64,000 nucleotides of DNA from an uncultured Clostridia bacterium. GTDB taxonomy: Bacteria > Bacillota > Clostridia > TANB77 > CAG-508. This document shows, piece after piece, positions 50,373-59,859 of this stretch. The first letter of the stretch is position 1. Each line of letters starts with the position of its first letter. The stretch lies in assembly GCA_947624655.1 (NCBI GenBank), contig CANQLH010000005.1, positions 9,232-73,231 of the forward strand, in the 5' to 3' direction. The position numbers and the translations under genes were made by a program. Below the pieces are notes generated by a model. It worked only from the letters and a program-made list of their open reading frames with translations, was not told the origin of the DNA and did no database searches.

Positions 50373-50750
50373 GAGATATGGGGATATAAATCATATATTC
50401 CCTTTAACTTTATAAAATATCGTTAAGTGCACTACAACCCAGCTACTCTATAAAATAAGAAAAGAAGGTTTTTAGTTAAAATATTATTTTGTTAAAATAT
50501 TGAAATGAAAAATATATAAAAGCTTTATAAATAAAGCATTTTGAGATGCTCTACTCCTAGAGAAGAAAAATTAGATTTTAAAAAATGGCTTAGCCACCTT
50601 TAGGTGGCGTATAAAGCCATTTGCAAAATACAAAATCTTTTAAAAGGTTGGAGCTTGGGGAATGCTTGCATTACTCAAGTTCCTATTTTAAAAATTTTGT
50701 GTTTTATAGCTCAGTTATAATATTTAAAAGTTAATGACAAGCTATAAAAA

Positions 50751-50973
50751 ATATCTTGTCCATCAAAATTAATTATAAATATTATATAAATTAAAACTAT
50801 GACAAGATGACAAGATGATATAACAAAGAACCATATTTATAAAATTTTGTTTGTATTGATTGTAAATATATTTTTCTTTATATTTCTAAAATAACTTGTC
50901 ATCTTGTCCATATTTTCTAAAATATAGTATTTTCACTGTAAATAATAGGACAAGATAGTAAAACTATCTTGCC
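50751..50973. repeat. Cluster of GACAAGAT / ATCTTGTC sites (iteron- or operator-like)
   Basis: Sites at 50751-50761, 50800-50819 (tandem), 50894-50910, and a palindrome GGACAAGATA-N7-TATCTTGCC at 50948-50973. The same motif occurs at 42637-42662 and 42700-42714. Confidence 0.6.
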
Positions 50974-52673
50974 TATTCAAAGTCTTCTACTTTAATATTG
51001 TTGTCTTTCATAATTTGTAAAATACTTTCTATATTAAAAATGTAGTAAGTTTTTTTAATGTTTAGTAATGGTTGTCCGTTTTTCTTTCCTACTTCTCGTT
51101 TTTTATCAAATTCATAAAATTGAGATAGATATCTTCCAAGTGAAGATGTTCCCTTAATCCATTTGAACTCATCTTTTTCAGACAAATATTCATATAATTC
51201 ACCTAATTCAATACCTTGACTTCCATCGTTTAAATCTACTAAATGATTTAACATTCCAGAGTCCAAATATTGATATAAACCATAAAGAAGTTGTAACTTT
51301 GGTTCATTTTCTATATTTCTTTTGAATTTTTCATTACTTAACTTCTTTGCATATTTCAAAAGATTATCTGTAACTTCTGTGTTTTGATTTTCTTCATCAA
51401 TTACCTTTGCTACGCAAAGTAGAGGATTCCATAAATCATCTTCTCTTAATGAATAACCTTCAAAACTTACTTGTGCATTGTCATATATATCTTTAATTTT
51501 GTCTGCATAGATATAGCCAAAAATATATAAATCATCAACTAAATTATCAATAGTTCTTTTTACACTCTTATCTTCTCTATATTTAGTAATTTTTACATTT
51601 TTTACTTTTACAGTTGTATATTTTATTACTCTTTCAAAAAGGACATCATCTATGTTGCTAATACCTCCCATAATTTTTGGTGAAAATGACCTAAACTTTT
51701 TAATCTTATTATTTTGCCCAACACATCTTGGAACTACACCATCAATATTAAATCCTTGATTTAATATTTTTATAATTTCTTGTTTATCTTCACCGTACAT
51801 TTTTTCAAACTCGTCCAGAATTATTGTACTTCCGTCGTTATCAATTTGCCTAAATATGTTGGCAGGATTTACATTAGAGCAAAACATAGCATTGAAACAT
51901 AACTTACTCATTATTTTCATTATTGTTGATTTTCCTGTACCTCTTTCTCCATTAAGCCATAAATAAGGAATAACTTGAAATAATACATATACATAAGTCA
52001 TCATAATATAACAAACTATTACATCAAGAAATTCTTTTTGCACAACTACAAATTTTTTAAATAAAGCTTTTATTATATTAAATACATCATTTGCTTTAAC
52101 AATTTTTCCTTCAACATAATTGGCAAAGTTACTTAATGAAAGTTTACTATCAATAGCTTCTTGGTGTGTTAATATTATTCCAAAGTCTTTTGCTGATGTT
52201 ATTTCATATACTTTCCTATTTGAAAATCCTATATATGTTTGTTCATTGCCTTCTTTATCAAAAGATTTTATACCATATATCATACCATAATTTGGGCGAT
52301 AATCAATGGCTGGAAAAATACGGTCTATTGCAACTTCATTATCTACTCTTTTTAATATATCTTCTTGATAATTTTTTTCCTTTCTTTCAAAACTTGTAAT
52401 TTCGTATGAATTTTTACAAAATGCAATAAGCTCAGCTTTTTCATCTTTAGTAAAATTAAAATGTTCTACTGCTAATTTCATAAGTTCTACTATATCCTCT
52501 TTTGACAAATTTTCTTCTTTGACTATTACTGACTGTATGAATATTTTAGCATTATTTAAGTTGTCAGAAGTGTCATTAGACACTTCTAGTTTTCTTAGTT
52601 CTCCTTTGTAAAATTCCATTGTTTCCATAACTTCTGTATCAATTTTTTCTTCACTTTCTTTATTTTTTTCCAT
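50973..52673 (-). CDS. Putative replication protein with a P-loop NTPase (SF3-helicase/primase-associated type)
   Basis: Walker A is LNGERGTGKSTIMK and Walker B is IILDEFEKM. The start is taken at MEKNKES, preceded by an AGGAGG RBS. Confidence 0.5.
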   Translation of the reverse strand: MEKNKESEEKIDTEVMETMEFYKGELRKLEVSNDTSDNLNNAKIFIQSVIVKEENLSKEDIVELMKLAVEHFNFTKDEKAELIAFCKNSYEITSFERKEKNYQEDILKRVDNEVAIDRIFPAIDYRPNYGMIYGIKSFDKEGNEQTYIGFSNRKVYEITSAKDFGIILTHQEAIDSKLSLSNFANYVEGKIVKANDVFNIIKALFKKFVVVQKEFLDVIVCYIMMTYVYVLFQVIPYLWLNGERGTGKSTIMKIMSKLCFNAMFCSNVNPANIFRQIDNDGSTIILDEFEKMYGEDKQEIIKILNQGFNIDGVVPRCVGQNNKIKKFRSFSPKIMGGISNIDDVLFERVIKYTTVKVKNVKITKYREDKSVKRTIDNLVDDLYIFGYIYADKIKDIYDNAQVSFEGYSLREDDLWNPLLCVAKVIDEENQNTEVTDNLLKYAKKLSNEKFKRNIENEPKLQLLYGLYQYLDSGMLNHLVDLNDGSQGIELGELYEYLSEKDEFKWIKGTSSLGRYLSQFYEFDKKREVGKKNGQPLLNIKKTYYIFNIESILQIMKDNNIKVEDFE

Positions 52674-53163
52674 TTTTATTTTCCTCCTCTTCATCTTTAA
52701 CAATAATTTTTATTTCATTAGGTTTTGGTGTTTCTATTGGTTCCGTATAAATTATTTTAATAGTTTTACTATTATTACACAAAAACCTTTTCATTTCTAA
52801 GTATTCTTTTATGTCTTGCTCAATAAGTCTTTTATATTTGACAGAGGCAATATCAGTTATTAAAGGTTTTGTTGAATTTATTTTTATACAAATTGCATAT
52901 CTTCCTACTTTTTTCCCTTTTTCAGTTAATATAATCTTTTTTCCATCTCTTTTAATGTACTCCATCTCTTCTAAGATATTATTAACTTTTTGACCTGATA
53001 ATGTTTTGCCTTCTATAGTTATTTCTTTACCTACTTGCGTAGGTGTAATATATTCTTCATAATCTTTGCTAGATAATCTTTCCCAATGGTTTTCTTTTAT
53101 CGTGGCATTTACGATGTCATTAATTTCTGATTTTATCTCAATTTTCTCTTTATCTTCTAACAT
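52660..53163 (-). CDS. Hypothetical protein
   Basis: A 167-aa ORF just upstream of the P-loop gene. Confidence 0.4.
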   Translation of the reverse strand: MLEDKEKIEIKSEINDIVNATIKENHWERLSSKDYEEYITPTQVGKEITIEGKTLSGQKVNNILEEMEYIKRDGKKIILTEKGKKVGRYAICIKINSTKPLITDIASVKYKRLIEQDIKEYLEMKRFLCNNSKTIKIIYTEPIETPKPNEIKIIVKDEEEENKNGKK

Positions 53164-53341
53164 TTTACATTCTCCTTTCTATATTTTTTGGATTATCAGA
53201 AAGAAATGTGTTATAATAATATTGTGTAATTTAAGATAGCACATTGCTTTCTTATTTGTAAGAAGTGAACTTTTACAAGTTCATTTCTTTTTTATACTTT
53301 TTTTCTAAACTCTCTAATTTTCATAAATTTTCCTCCTTTCT

Positions 53342-53572
53342 TTAATCAAATAGATTTTTATCAGCATTATGTAATATCTCCTGAAATTTTGTGCTTTCTA
53401 TGCACCAGCCTCCGAAGTCTGTGCCGTATTTCTTACAAAATTCTGTTGCTTTGTTGAGATTAACTTTATAATTATTTGCAATCTCTTTTGCATAAATGAG
53501 TCTTGGCAAATCACTTTTATTACATAATTTTGATAATAAATCTCTGATTTCAATTAATACTTTTTCTGTCAT
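53342..53572 (-). CDS. Hypothetical small protein
   Basis: A 76-aa ORF. Confidence 0.4.
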   Translation of the reverse strand: MTEKVLIEIRDLLSKLCNKSDLPRLIYAKEIANNYKVNLNKATEFCKKYGTDFGGWCIESTKFQEILHNADKNLFD

Positions 53573-53724
53573 TAATTCCTCCTTTCAACAGTCAAAGATT
53601 AACTGTGATTAAAGAATATCATATATTTTTCAAGTATAATAGTTGCTAAAAAAAATACTTTAGCAACCGAACGTTGATTTGCGCATAAAAAAAAGACTCC
53701 TATAGAAGTCTTTTTATAAATTAT

Positions 53725-54642
53725 TTATTGTATAATATTTTCATTTTTTAAAAACCTTAATTCATAATCTTTATTATTTTCTATTTGTTTTGAAAAATAA
53801 TATAAATCTGTATCTTCAAGTTCTAAAAATTCTAATAGTTTTATTAATGTTCTTACAGATATATAGTTAACTTTATTATGAATTAAATCATCTAGCCAAG
53901 AAGTTTCTTTGCCTATATCTAAAGAAATAATCCATTTTTCTAAATCAGTTAGATTAGATATTTCTTTTTGGGGAATATAAAAAGAAAATGTTGCTTTTAC
54001 TTTTCCTTTATCACTTATATTATTTTTCAAAGCATTATATCCTTCAAAACATAAAATTGTTTCTGGTAATTTTGAAGAAGTTAAAAATTTATGTAAGTCT
54101 TTGAAATCCAGTTCTAAACAAATAAAGTCTAAATTAATACATTCTTGGTATATTCTTTCATTTTGAATTTTTTTTCTATAATTTATTTTTATTGTTTTTA
54201 TTTTTTCTTTTATTATATCTTTAGGTAAAATATTGCTACTATTTATAATTCTAAATATATCAGTATCTTCCTTTATAAAGTTATATAGCTTGAATAAATA
54301 AAACATTTTTTGATAGTAGATATCCATTTTATATACTTTTTGTTTTGAATTCATTGTTTCTATGTTTTGTATGGTTTCATAAGAAAAACCTTCTTGTGGA
54401 ATTTCATTATAATATTCTTTATACTGTTTATTTAATTCTTGGACAATTGTTTGATTTATAGAATTATATCCAGAGTTAGATAATATTATTTTTCGTTCAG
54501 GATATAGGCAATTATAATATAATCTTTCAAATTTCAACTCATTTCCGATATTTTCAATAGTTAATAAATGATTTTTTTCCATTGAACTTTTCATATTACT
54601 TAATTTTTCTTTTTTAATACTTTTCATTTTATAATACCTCAT
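53725..54642 (-). CDS. Hypothetical protein
   Basis: A 305-aa ORF with no motif. Confidence 0.45.
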   Translation of the reverse strand: MRYYKMKSIKKEKLSNMKSSMEKNHLLTIENIGNELKFERLYYNCLYPERKIILSNSGYNSINQTIVQELNKQYKEYYNEIPQEGFSYETIQNIETMNSKQKVYKMDIYYQKMFYLFKLYNFIKEDTDIFRIINSSNILPKDIIKEKIKTIKINYRKKIQNERIYQECINLDFICLELDFKDLHKFLTSSKLPETILCFEGYNALKNNISDKGKVKATFSFYIPQKEISNLTDLEKWIISLDIGKETSWLDDLIHNKVNYISVRTLIKLLEFLELEDTDLYYFSKQIENNKDYELRFLKNENIIQ

Positions 54643-54896
54643 TTTGTAAAGTTGTTTTTTTATATTTTTTTACGACTTTCTTTGTAGTTAGGCTTTTGCT
54701 ACAATTATTTTAGTTCATAAAATTGACTGTATCAAAGACTATTTTTTATAATCAATTTTAATACAGAATTGGTATGCGAGTTTAAACCAGATATACATAC
54801 CAATTCCTACAAAATACTTGATAAGCATTTATATTTGTATTTTAGCATATTTCGTTAATGCTTTCAAGCAAATGATGAGGAAAGGAGAAAAATATA

Positions 54897-56291
54897 TTGG
54901 GAAGAAATGGAAAAGGAGAAGGTTGTACCTATAAAACCATAAAAAAGAATAAAAGAGCAAAATTTCTTGATGAAGAATGTTCAATATGTAAAGCTTGTAA
55001 TGATAGGAGTAAATGTAACAATAGAGTTGGTTATGATAAATGTTCAAAATGTGAAAATTGTAAAACTGAATGTTTAAAATATTGTGATAGATTTTATTGT
55101 TATGAAAAATGGATTGGTCAAGCAACAATAAATGGAAAACATACGACAATTACAACGCAAGATAAACAAAGTGATACCAATAAGAAGAAAAGGGAGATTT
55201 TGAGAGCTGTTGATACTGGAAAATATGTGGGAAAAAATAATATTACTGTTTCAGAATTATTAGTAATAATGGAAAATTCAAAACTTTCTTCAAACTCTAT
55301 AACAGAAAATACATATGCAAGAAATAAATGTGTTATAAATAAAATCAATTCGTTGGGGACAGGTGCTATTCCAGTACAAAAAATAACAAATACTATTATA
55401 CAAAATACATTAAATAGTATAAAAGGACAAAGTCAGAGTAATATCAATAAAATGTATGATGAAATAAATTGTATGTGCAAAAAAGCATTATTAGATAAGG
55501 TTATATCAGAAAATCCTATGACAAAAGTAATAAAGCCTATTAGCGATAAATCCCGTAAAGTAGCCGTACCATTTACTATACAAGAAGAAAAGCAATTAAT
55601 TGAATATGTTATGAATAATAATTTAATAGATGACCCAAAATGTAATATTGACACTGTTACTTTGAAAAATATAATATTAATTGCATTATTTACTGGAATG
55701 AGAATAGGAGAAATTGGTGCATTAAACTATAAAACTGATATAAAAGAAGATTCCTTTATGGTTTCACATACTCTTACAAAAGCAAAAGATGGCAATAAAA
55801 TTATTATTGGTGAAACTACAAAAACAGGTAGAGTAAATAGGAAAAATCAAAAACTAGATTATAGAATAGTACCTTTTAATGTTGTTGATAAAGATATTTT
55901 ATTAAGTATATTAGAAGAACAAATACAAGTAGCTCAAAGCAATTCAAACAATAAAGAAAACTTATTATTTTGTAAACTTGATGGAACATATATAAACCAT
56001 TCTAAAATTACAGAGCACTTCAAAAGAATATGTCGAGAAGCAAAAGTAAAATTGGACTTACCAAAAGGGTGTCATATTCATATGACTAAACACACTTTTG
56101 TTACCAGATGTATTGAAGCTGGTATAGAACTATTAACAATTAGTAAACTTGTTGGAACAAGTACAAGGGTTTTAGAAAAAACATATGCACATATTTTATT
56201 AGAATTTCAAAATAAAGAATTAGAAACATTAAATAATTACTATAAGAATAATGAATTATCGTTTATTTCTTCTATAAAATCAGTTTGTTAG
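54897..56291 (+). CDS. int: Tyrosine-type site-specific integrase with a Cys-rich N-terminal insert
   Basis: The C-terminal catalytic region has LFTGMRIGEI...HMTKHTFVTRCIEAGI...LVGTSTRVLEKTYAH (R...HxxR...Y). The N-terminus carries more than 12 Cys residues in CxxC-type spacing. The gene is adjacent to tRNA-Cys. Confidence 0.85.
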   Translation: MGRNGKGEGCTYKTIKKNKRAKFLDEECSICKACNDRSKCNNRVGYDKCSKCENCKTECLKYCDRFYCYEKWIGQATINGKHTTITTQDKQSDTNKKKREILRAVDTGKYVGKNNITVSELLVIMENSKLSSNSITENTYARNKCVINKINSLGTGAIPVQKITNTIIQNTLNSIKGQSQSNINKMYDEINCMCKKALLDKVISENPMTKVIKPISDKSRKVAVPFTIQEEKQLIEYVMNNNLIDDPKCNIDTVTLKNIILIALFTGMRIGEIGALNYKTDIKEDSFMVSHTLTKAKDGNKIIIGETTKTGRVNRKNQKLDYRIVPFNVVDKDILLSILEEQIQVAQSNSNNKENLLFCKLDGTYINHSKITEHFKRICREAKVKLDLPKGCHIHMTKHTFVTRCIEAGIELLTISKLVGTSTRVLEKTYAHILLEFQNKELETLNNYYKNNELSFISSIKSVC

Positions 56292-56498
56292 TGAATACTT
56301 TTATTTTATTGCATTCAAAAATCAAAATAATATTAATTTGATTTTTTGAATGCAATTTTTTTGAGGTTTGAATGCGATTTGAATGCAACAACAGAAATAT
56401 GTTCAAATATTTTTAGATATTCTCAAATAAAAAATCCCTATTTTTCAGCATTTTGGATATTGTGAAATATCTTAGAATACTCTAAAATAGAGATATTT

Positions 56499-56572
56499 TG
56501 GAGGCGAGTATCGGAGTCGAACCGATGATCAGAGTTTTGCAGACTCGTGCCTTACCACTTGGCTAACTCGCC
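56499..56572 (-). tRNA. tRNA-Cys (GCA)
   Basis: The reverse complement reads GGCGAGTTAGCCAAGTGGTAAGGCACGAGTCTGCAAAACTCTGATCATCGGTTCGACTCCGATACTCGCCTCCA. It folds as a cloverleaf, with anticodon loop CTGCAAA and an encoded CCA. Confidence 0.9.
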
Positions 56573-56694
56573 AATTATAAATTTGATAAAATTATCAGCG
56601 AATGAAAGAATTATTCTTTCGCAAAATGAGAAGTAACATTCTTATGTTTTGCTGATTTTTTTAAATTAGCAAAACATAAGAATCCGTTACGATT

Positions 56695-56768
56695 TGGAGC
56701 AGGTAACGGGAATCGGACCCGTAACTTAACCTTGGCAAGGTTATGTTTTACCACTAAACTATACCTGC
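56695..56768 (-). tRNA. tRNA-Gly (GCC) with a non-canonical T-loop (C at position 55)
   Basis: The reverse complement reads GCAGGTATAGTTTAGTGGTAAAACATAACCTTGCCAAGGTTAAGTTACGGGTCCGATTCCCGTTACCTGCTCCA. It has 7-bp acceptor, D, anticodon and T stems, and U73. The T-loop is TCCGATT instead of TTCGANT. Confidence 0.85.
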
Positions 56769-56837
56769 ATAAAGAACAAATACATTATGCCTTTTTGTTC
56801 AAGTGCTTTATTATGATACCAAAAATTCTCTCATTTG

Positions 56838-58097
56838 TCAAGTATAAATATTTATTAAATAATAACTCATATTGCATAAAAAGTCCTTATAATAATCTAT
56901 TATCTTCTTTTTCCTTACATCATTTTTAGCGAGAATATCAAATTCATATATTACTTTATCCCCAATTTTTACAGTAAGTTTTCCGAATTTTATCATCTTT
57001 ATACACTGGTGCTTGTAATTCATTTTTCAACTCTGTTTCAATTTTTATATCCTTAATCTCCTCTTTTTTCACTGGATATAGTGTTACATCATTTTTTACC
57101 AAGTCAATATTCAAATTATTATCAATTCCTTTAACAATATTAAATTTTGAAATATCAACAAGGCTATCAAATTCGTCCTGTATCATGAACCCTAAATCTA
57201 CCATTTGAAAATTAGCAAAAGTATATTCTATAAGCTTTATACTATCTCTACCTCTATCCTTTTTAGTATCTGCTCCAAGTACCACACATATTATATCCAT
57301 ATCTCCTCTTTTTACTGATGTAACAAGGCATCTATTAGCTCCATTTGTAAAGCCAGTTTTTACTCCATAAACACCCTCTAAATAACCCAATAGTTCATTT
57401 GTGTTACTAATATTTTTTGCATAACCATTTATACTTACAGTATATGCTTTAGTCTTAACAATTTGTTCTATTTTTTTTATATTTAACGCATAATCCGAAA
57501 TTTTTGCAAGTTCATACGCAGTTGTATAATGTTCTTCTTCATCTAAACCATGAGGTGTTACAAAGTGAGTATCTTTTAATCCTAATTCTTTAGCCTTTTT
57601 ATTCATTAATTCTGCAAACTGAGGCACACTTCCAGCTACATGTTCTGCTAAAGCTACCGCAGCATCATTTCCGAGAGCATAACAAAAGTCCATATAATAA
57701 ATCTTTAACTGAAATCTCATCATTTGTATGAAGTCCTAGTCTTGATCCTCCTGTTCCAGCAGATTTTGAAGATATTTTTATCCTTTCATTTATATCTTTT
57801 ACGTTTTCAACCACGACTATTGCTGTCATGATTTTAGTTGTAGATGCCATTTTGCACCTTTTATTTTCACTTTTCCCATAAAGTACCTTACCGCGATGCC
57901 CTATCATATATTATGGCCTCTCTTGAATTAATATTTGGTACTTCTGTAATATCTGCTGTCGTCTCAAGAATTTGCTCAATCTCTTCTAAAGTTACATCCA
58001 CTTCTTCTAATTCATCATCTGCATAAACAGGATTTATTAAACCAAATAATAAAATAAAAATAGCTATACTCGAAAGTATCTTTATTTTTTGCATCAA
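56838..58097 (-). CDS. D-alanyl-D-alanine carboxypeptidase (S11, DacF/PBP5-like), interrupted by three CGG +1 sites
   Basis: ORFs 57888..58097, 57665..57907, 56956..57723 and 56838..57023. Motifs are STTK, SGN (restored at the CGG at 57671-57673: LLCSGNDAAVALAEH) and KTG. The other two sites are at 57891-57893 (RASGKVLYGK) and 56983-56985 (DKIGKLTVKIGDK). Confidence 0.85.
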
Positions 58098-58149
58098 AAA
58101 ACACCTCTTTTCATTTATATGAAATAAGAGATGTTTTAATTCTTTTTAT

Positions 58150-59511
58150 TTATGCACAAGCGTGCTTTCCGTTTGGTATTTTCTTTAATTTTGATAATGC
58201 ACCCTTCTTAAGTTTATCTTCTGGCGTCTCTTGATTTGTTTCTGATAATAATAATTTTTCTTTTTTATTAGAAACTGCAGAAGTTATTTCTATTTTCCAT
58301 AAAACTAATAATTCTTTCTTAGCATTTCTAATTTTTTCTTGCTCTTCTTTTATTATTTCTTTTGAATTTGCAATTTTTTGTTCAAGATTTCTTATTCTAT
58401 CTTCATATATCTTAACTTCCGTATTTGCATTAGTATTATTTACGTCATCTAATTTTTCTATTATATTTGCAAATTGTTTTTCTTTTTCATATGATACCCT
58501 AAGTTTTTTTAATTGGTCTTCAAAATGTAGATATTGATTTGCATCTATCTTTTTTGTCGCCTCTGTTATAACCAATCTTAATTTTTCCATTCTATCATAT
58601 CTAGCTTCTTGTACTTCATAAGAAACAATACCAGTTCTATTTTCTTTCGTTTTTATTATATTTCTTGTATCACTCGTCTTTCTATATATCTTTCTCTTTG
58701 CTCTCAAAAGACTATTTCTTATGTTTTTATATTCACGCTTTGTAAATATTTCTTCAACATTCTCTACATTAGAAATTGCATCATCAATCATTTTTTCAGT
58801 TTCTCTTGGTTCAATAAGTTTTAAATAATCAGCTTCCATTGTAGACAAAATCTTTAATCTTTTTTGTCTTACATTATTGAACTTTTTCATTTTTAACTGT
58901 ATATCTCTGTCTGACTCTTTTAATATCTCATGTGGAATTGGAACTGAATTAAACATTTTTACTTTATCTACGATGTCAAGTTCCTTTTGTATAAGACTCA
59001 TTCTCTCTTCTGCTGTCATTTCTTCTTTGTATTTATTCTTAGCTCTTGTTAATTGTTTTTCATCTGCCTTATATTCACTAAAATCCAACTCATCTATATT
59101 TTCACATATAGGGAAAATATTAACCTTATCTGCTATAATTGCTACTATTTTACTATATCTTTTCTCTAATCTTTTTATTGTCTTAGAAATTACATTTTCT
59201 GCATATTCTACATTTCCTCTATATACCATATACCTTGTTACTTTTAATTTTTCAATATTTTTAGGAATATCTGCACATTCAGTTAATAAATTTAAAACTT
59301 TATCTTTTGTTTTTAACATTGGTGCATATTGTTTATCTATCACTCTTTTTATTTTTATAATTTCTTTCTTTTGTTCTTCTTTTTTTTCTCCTTTGTACTC
59401 TGCTTTGATTTTGTTTACTTCATCTTCTTTTTCTTTTTTCTTTTTATCTTCCAAAGAATAAAGGTATGTTTTTAATTCTGAAATTGTTAATTTATTTAGT
59501 TCTTCAGACAT
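58150..59511 (-). CDS. Lys/Glu-rich coiled-coil protein of unknown function
   Basis: Based on ORF 58150..59571. The start is taken at MSEELNK, preceded by an AGGAGG RBS. The composition is strongly charged. Confidence 0.45.
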   Translation of the reverse strand: MSEELNKLTISELKTYLYSLEDKKKKEKEDEVNKIKAEYKGEKKEEQKKEIIKIKRVIDKQYAPMLKTKDKVLNLLTECADIPKNIEKLKVTRYMVYRGNVEYAENVISKTIKRLEKRYSKIVAIIADKVNIFPICENIDELDFSEYKADEKQLTRAKNKYKEEMTAEERMSLIQKELDIVDKVKMFNSVPIPHEILKESDRDIQLKMKKFNNVRQKRLKILSTMEADYLKLIEPRETEKMIDDAISNVENVEEIFTKREYKNIRNSLLRAKRKIYRKTSDTRNIIKTKENRTGIVSYEVQEARYDRMEKLRLVITEATKKIDANQYLHFEDQLKKLRVSYEKEKQFANIIEKLDDVNNTNANTEVKIYEDRIRNLEQKIANSKEIIKEEQEKIRNAKKELLVLWKIEITSAVSNKKEKLLLSETNQETPEDKLKKGALSKLKKIPNGKHACA

Positions 59512-59573
59512 ATCTTTTATCCTCCTATCTTTTCTTTTGCATTCATTTAGTATTATACCATATTTTTTCAAAG

Positions 59574-59610
59574 ATTATATTACATTTATATTACATTTAT
59601 ATTACATTTT
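59574..59610. repeat. 11-nt tandem repeat (TACATTTATAT, about 3 copies) in the promoter region of the coiled-coil gene
   Basis: Read directly. A related ATTACATTTATATTACAT occurs at 6285-6305. Confidence 0.7.
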
Positions 59611-59640
59611 TGGTTACGGTATAATGTTTTTATATTAAAG

Positions 59641-59782
59641 AATAGCTGAAATGATTTATTTGAAAGAGCAACGCATACGACTAACCGAAGCGTAGCGTAG
59701 GGCGAATGGAGCAGTTTACATATATATCTTTATTTTGTAGACTGCGACACCAAAGCTCTAAAAATAAATCATTTCAGCTATT
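59641..59782. repeat. Structured intergenic repeat, family 1 (copy 2 of 2)
   Basis: The outer stem AATAGCTGAAATGATTTATTT pairs with its reverse complement at the 3' end. The core CCGAAGCGTAGCGTAGGGCGAATGGAGCAGTTTACA...TGTAGACTGCGACACCAAAG matches 5833-5981. Confidence 0.6.
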
Positions 59783-59859
59783 CTATTGAAACATCCCATT
59801 ATCTTGTAACCATTTTTGTAATAATTTAGAAACAAAAAGAATGAATTTTTGACAATTTT

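Larger units (their letters stand above)
42479..56514. mobile_element. ~14 kb integrative island in tRNA-Cys (PICI- or satellite-like architecture)
   Basis: Bounded by the 18-nt att repeats, with a tyrosine integrase next to the tRNA. TGAATGCA arm-type repeats occur at both ends (42548-42580 and 56310-56392). It carries a replication-type P-loop protein, repeat sites and accessory cargo. Confidence 0.8.

Noticed and set aside
50570-50690. Nested GC-rich hairpins (AATGGCTTAGCCACCTTTAGGTGGCGTATAAAGCCATT and GGAGCTTGGGGAATGC...ACTCAAGTTCC) downstream of the island methyltransferase, as a possible sRNA.
   Set aside because: I could define no promoter or terminator, and there is no second copy for comparison. 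They are probably just the methyltransferase terminator region.
54829-55149. The 106-aa minus-strand ORF overlapping the integrase 5' end, and the 65-aa plus-strand ORF at 56732..56929.
   Set aside because: The first is antisense to a well-supported integrase gene and is low-complexity. The second overlaps tRNA-Gly and the 3' end of the dac gene.
56695-56768. tRNA-Gly(GCC) acting as a quadruplet-decoding frameshift suppressor for the CGGN sites.
   Set aside because: Its anticodon loop has the normal 7 nt, and its GCC anticodon cannot read CGGA or GGA. No tRNA with an expanded loop is present in this window.
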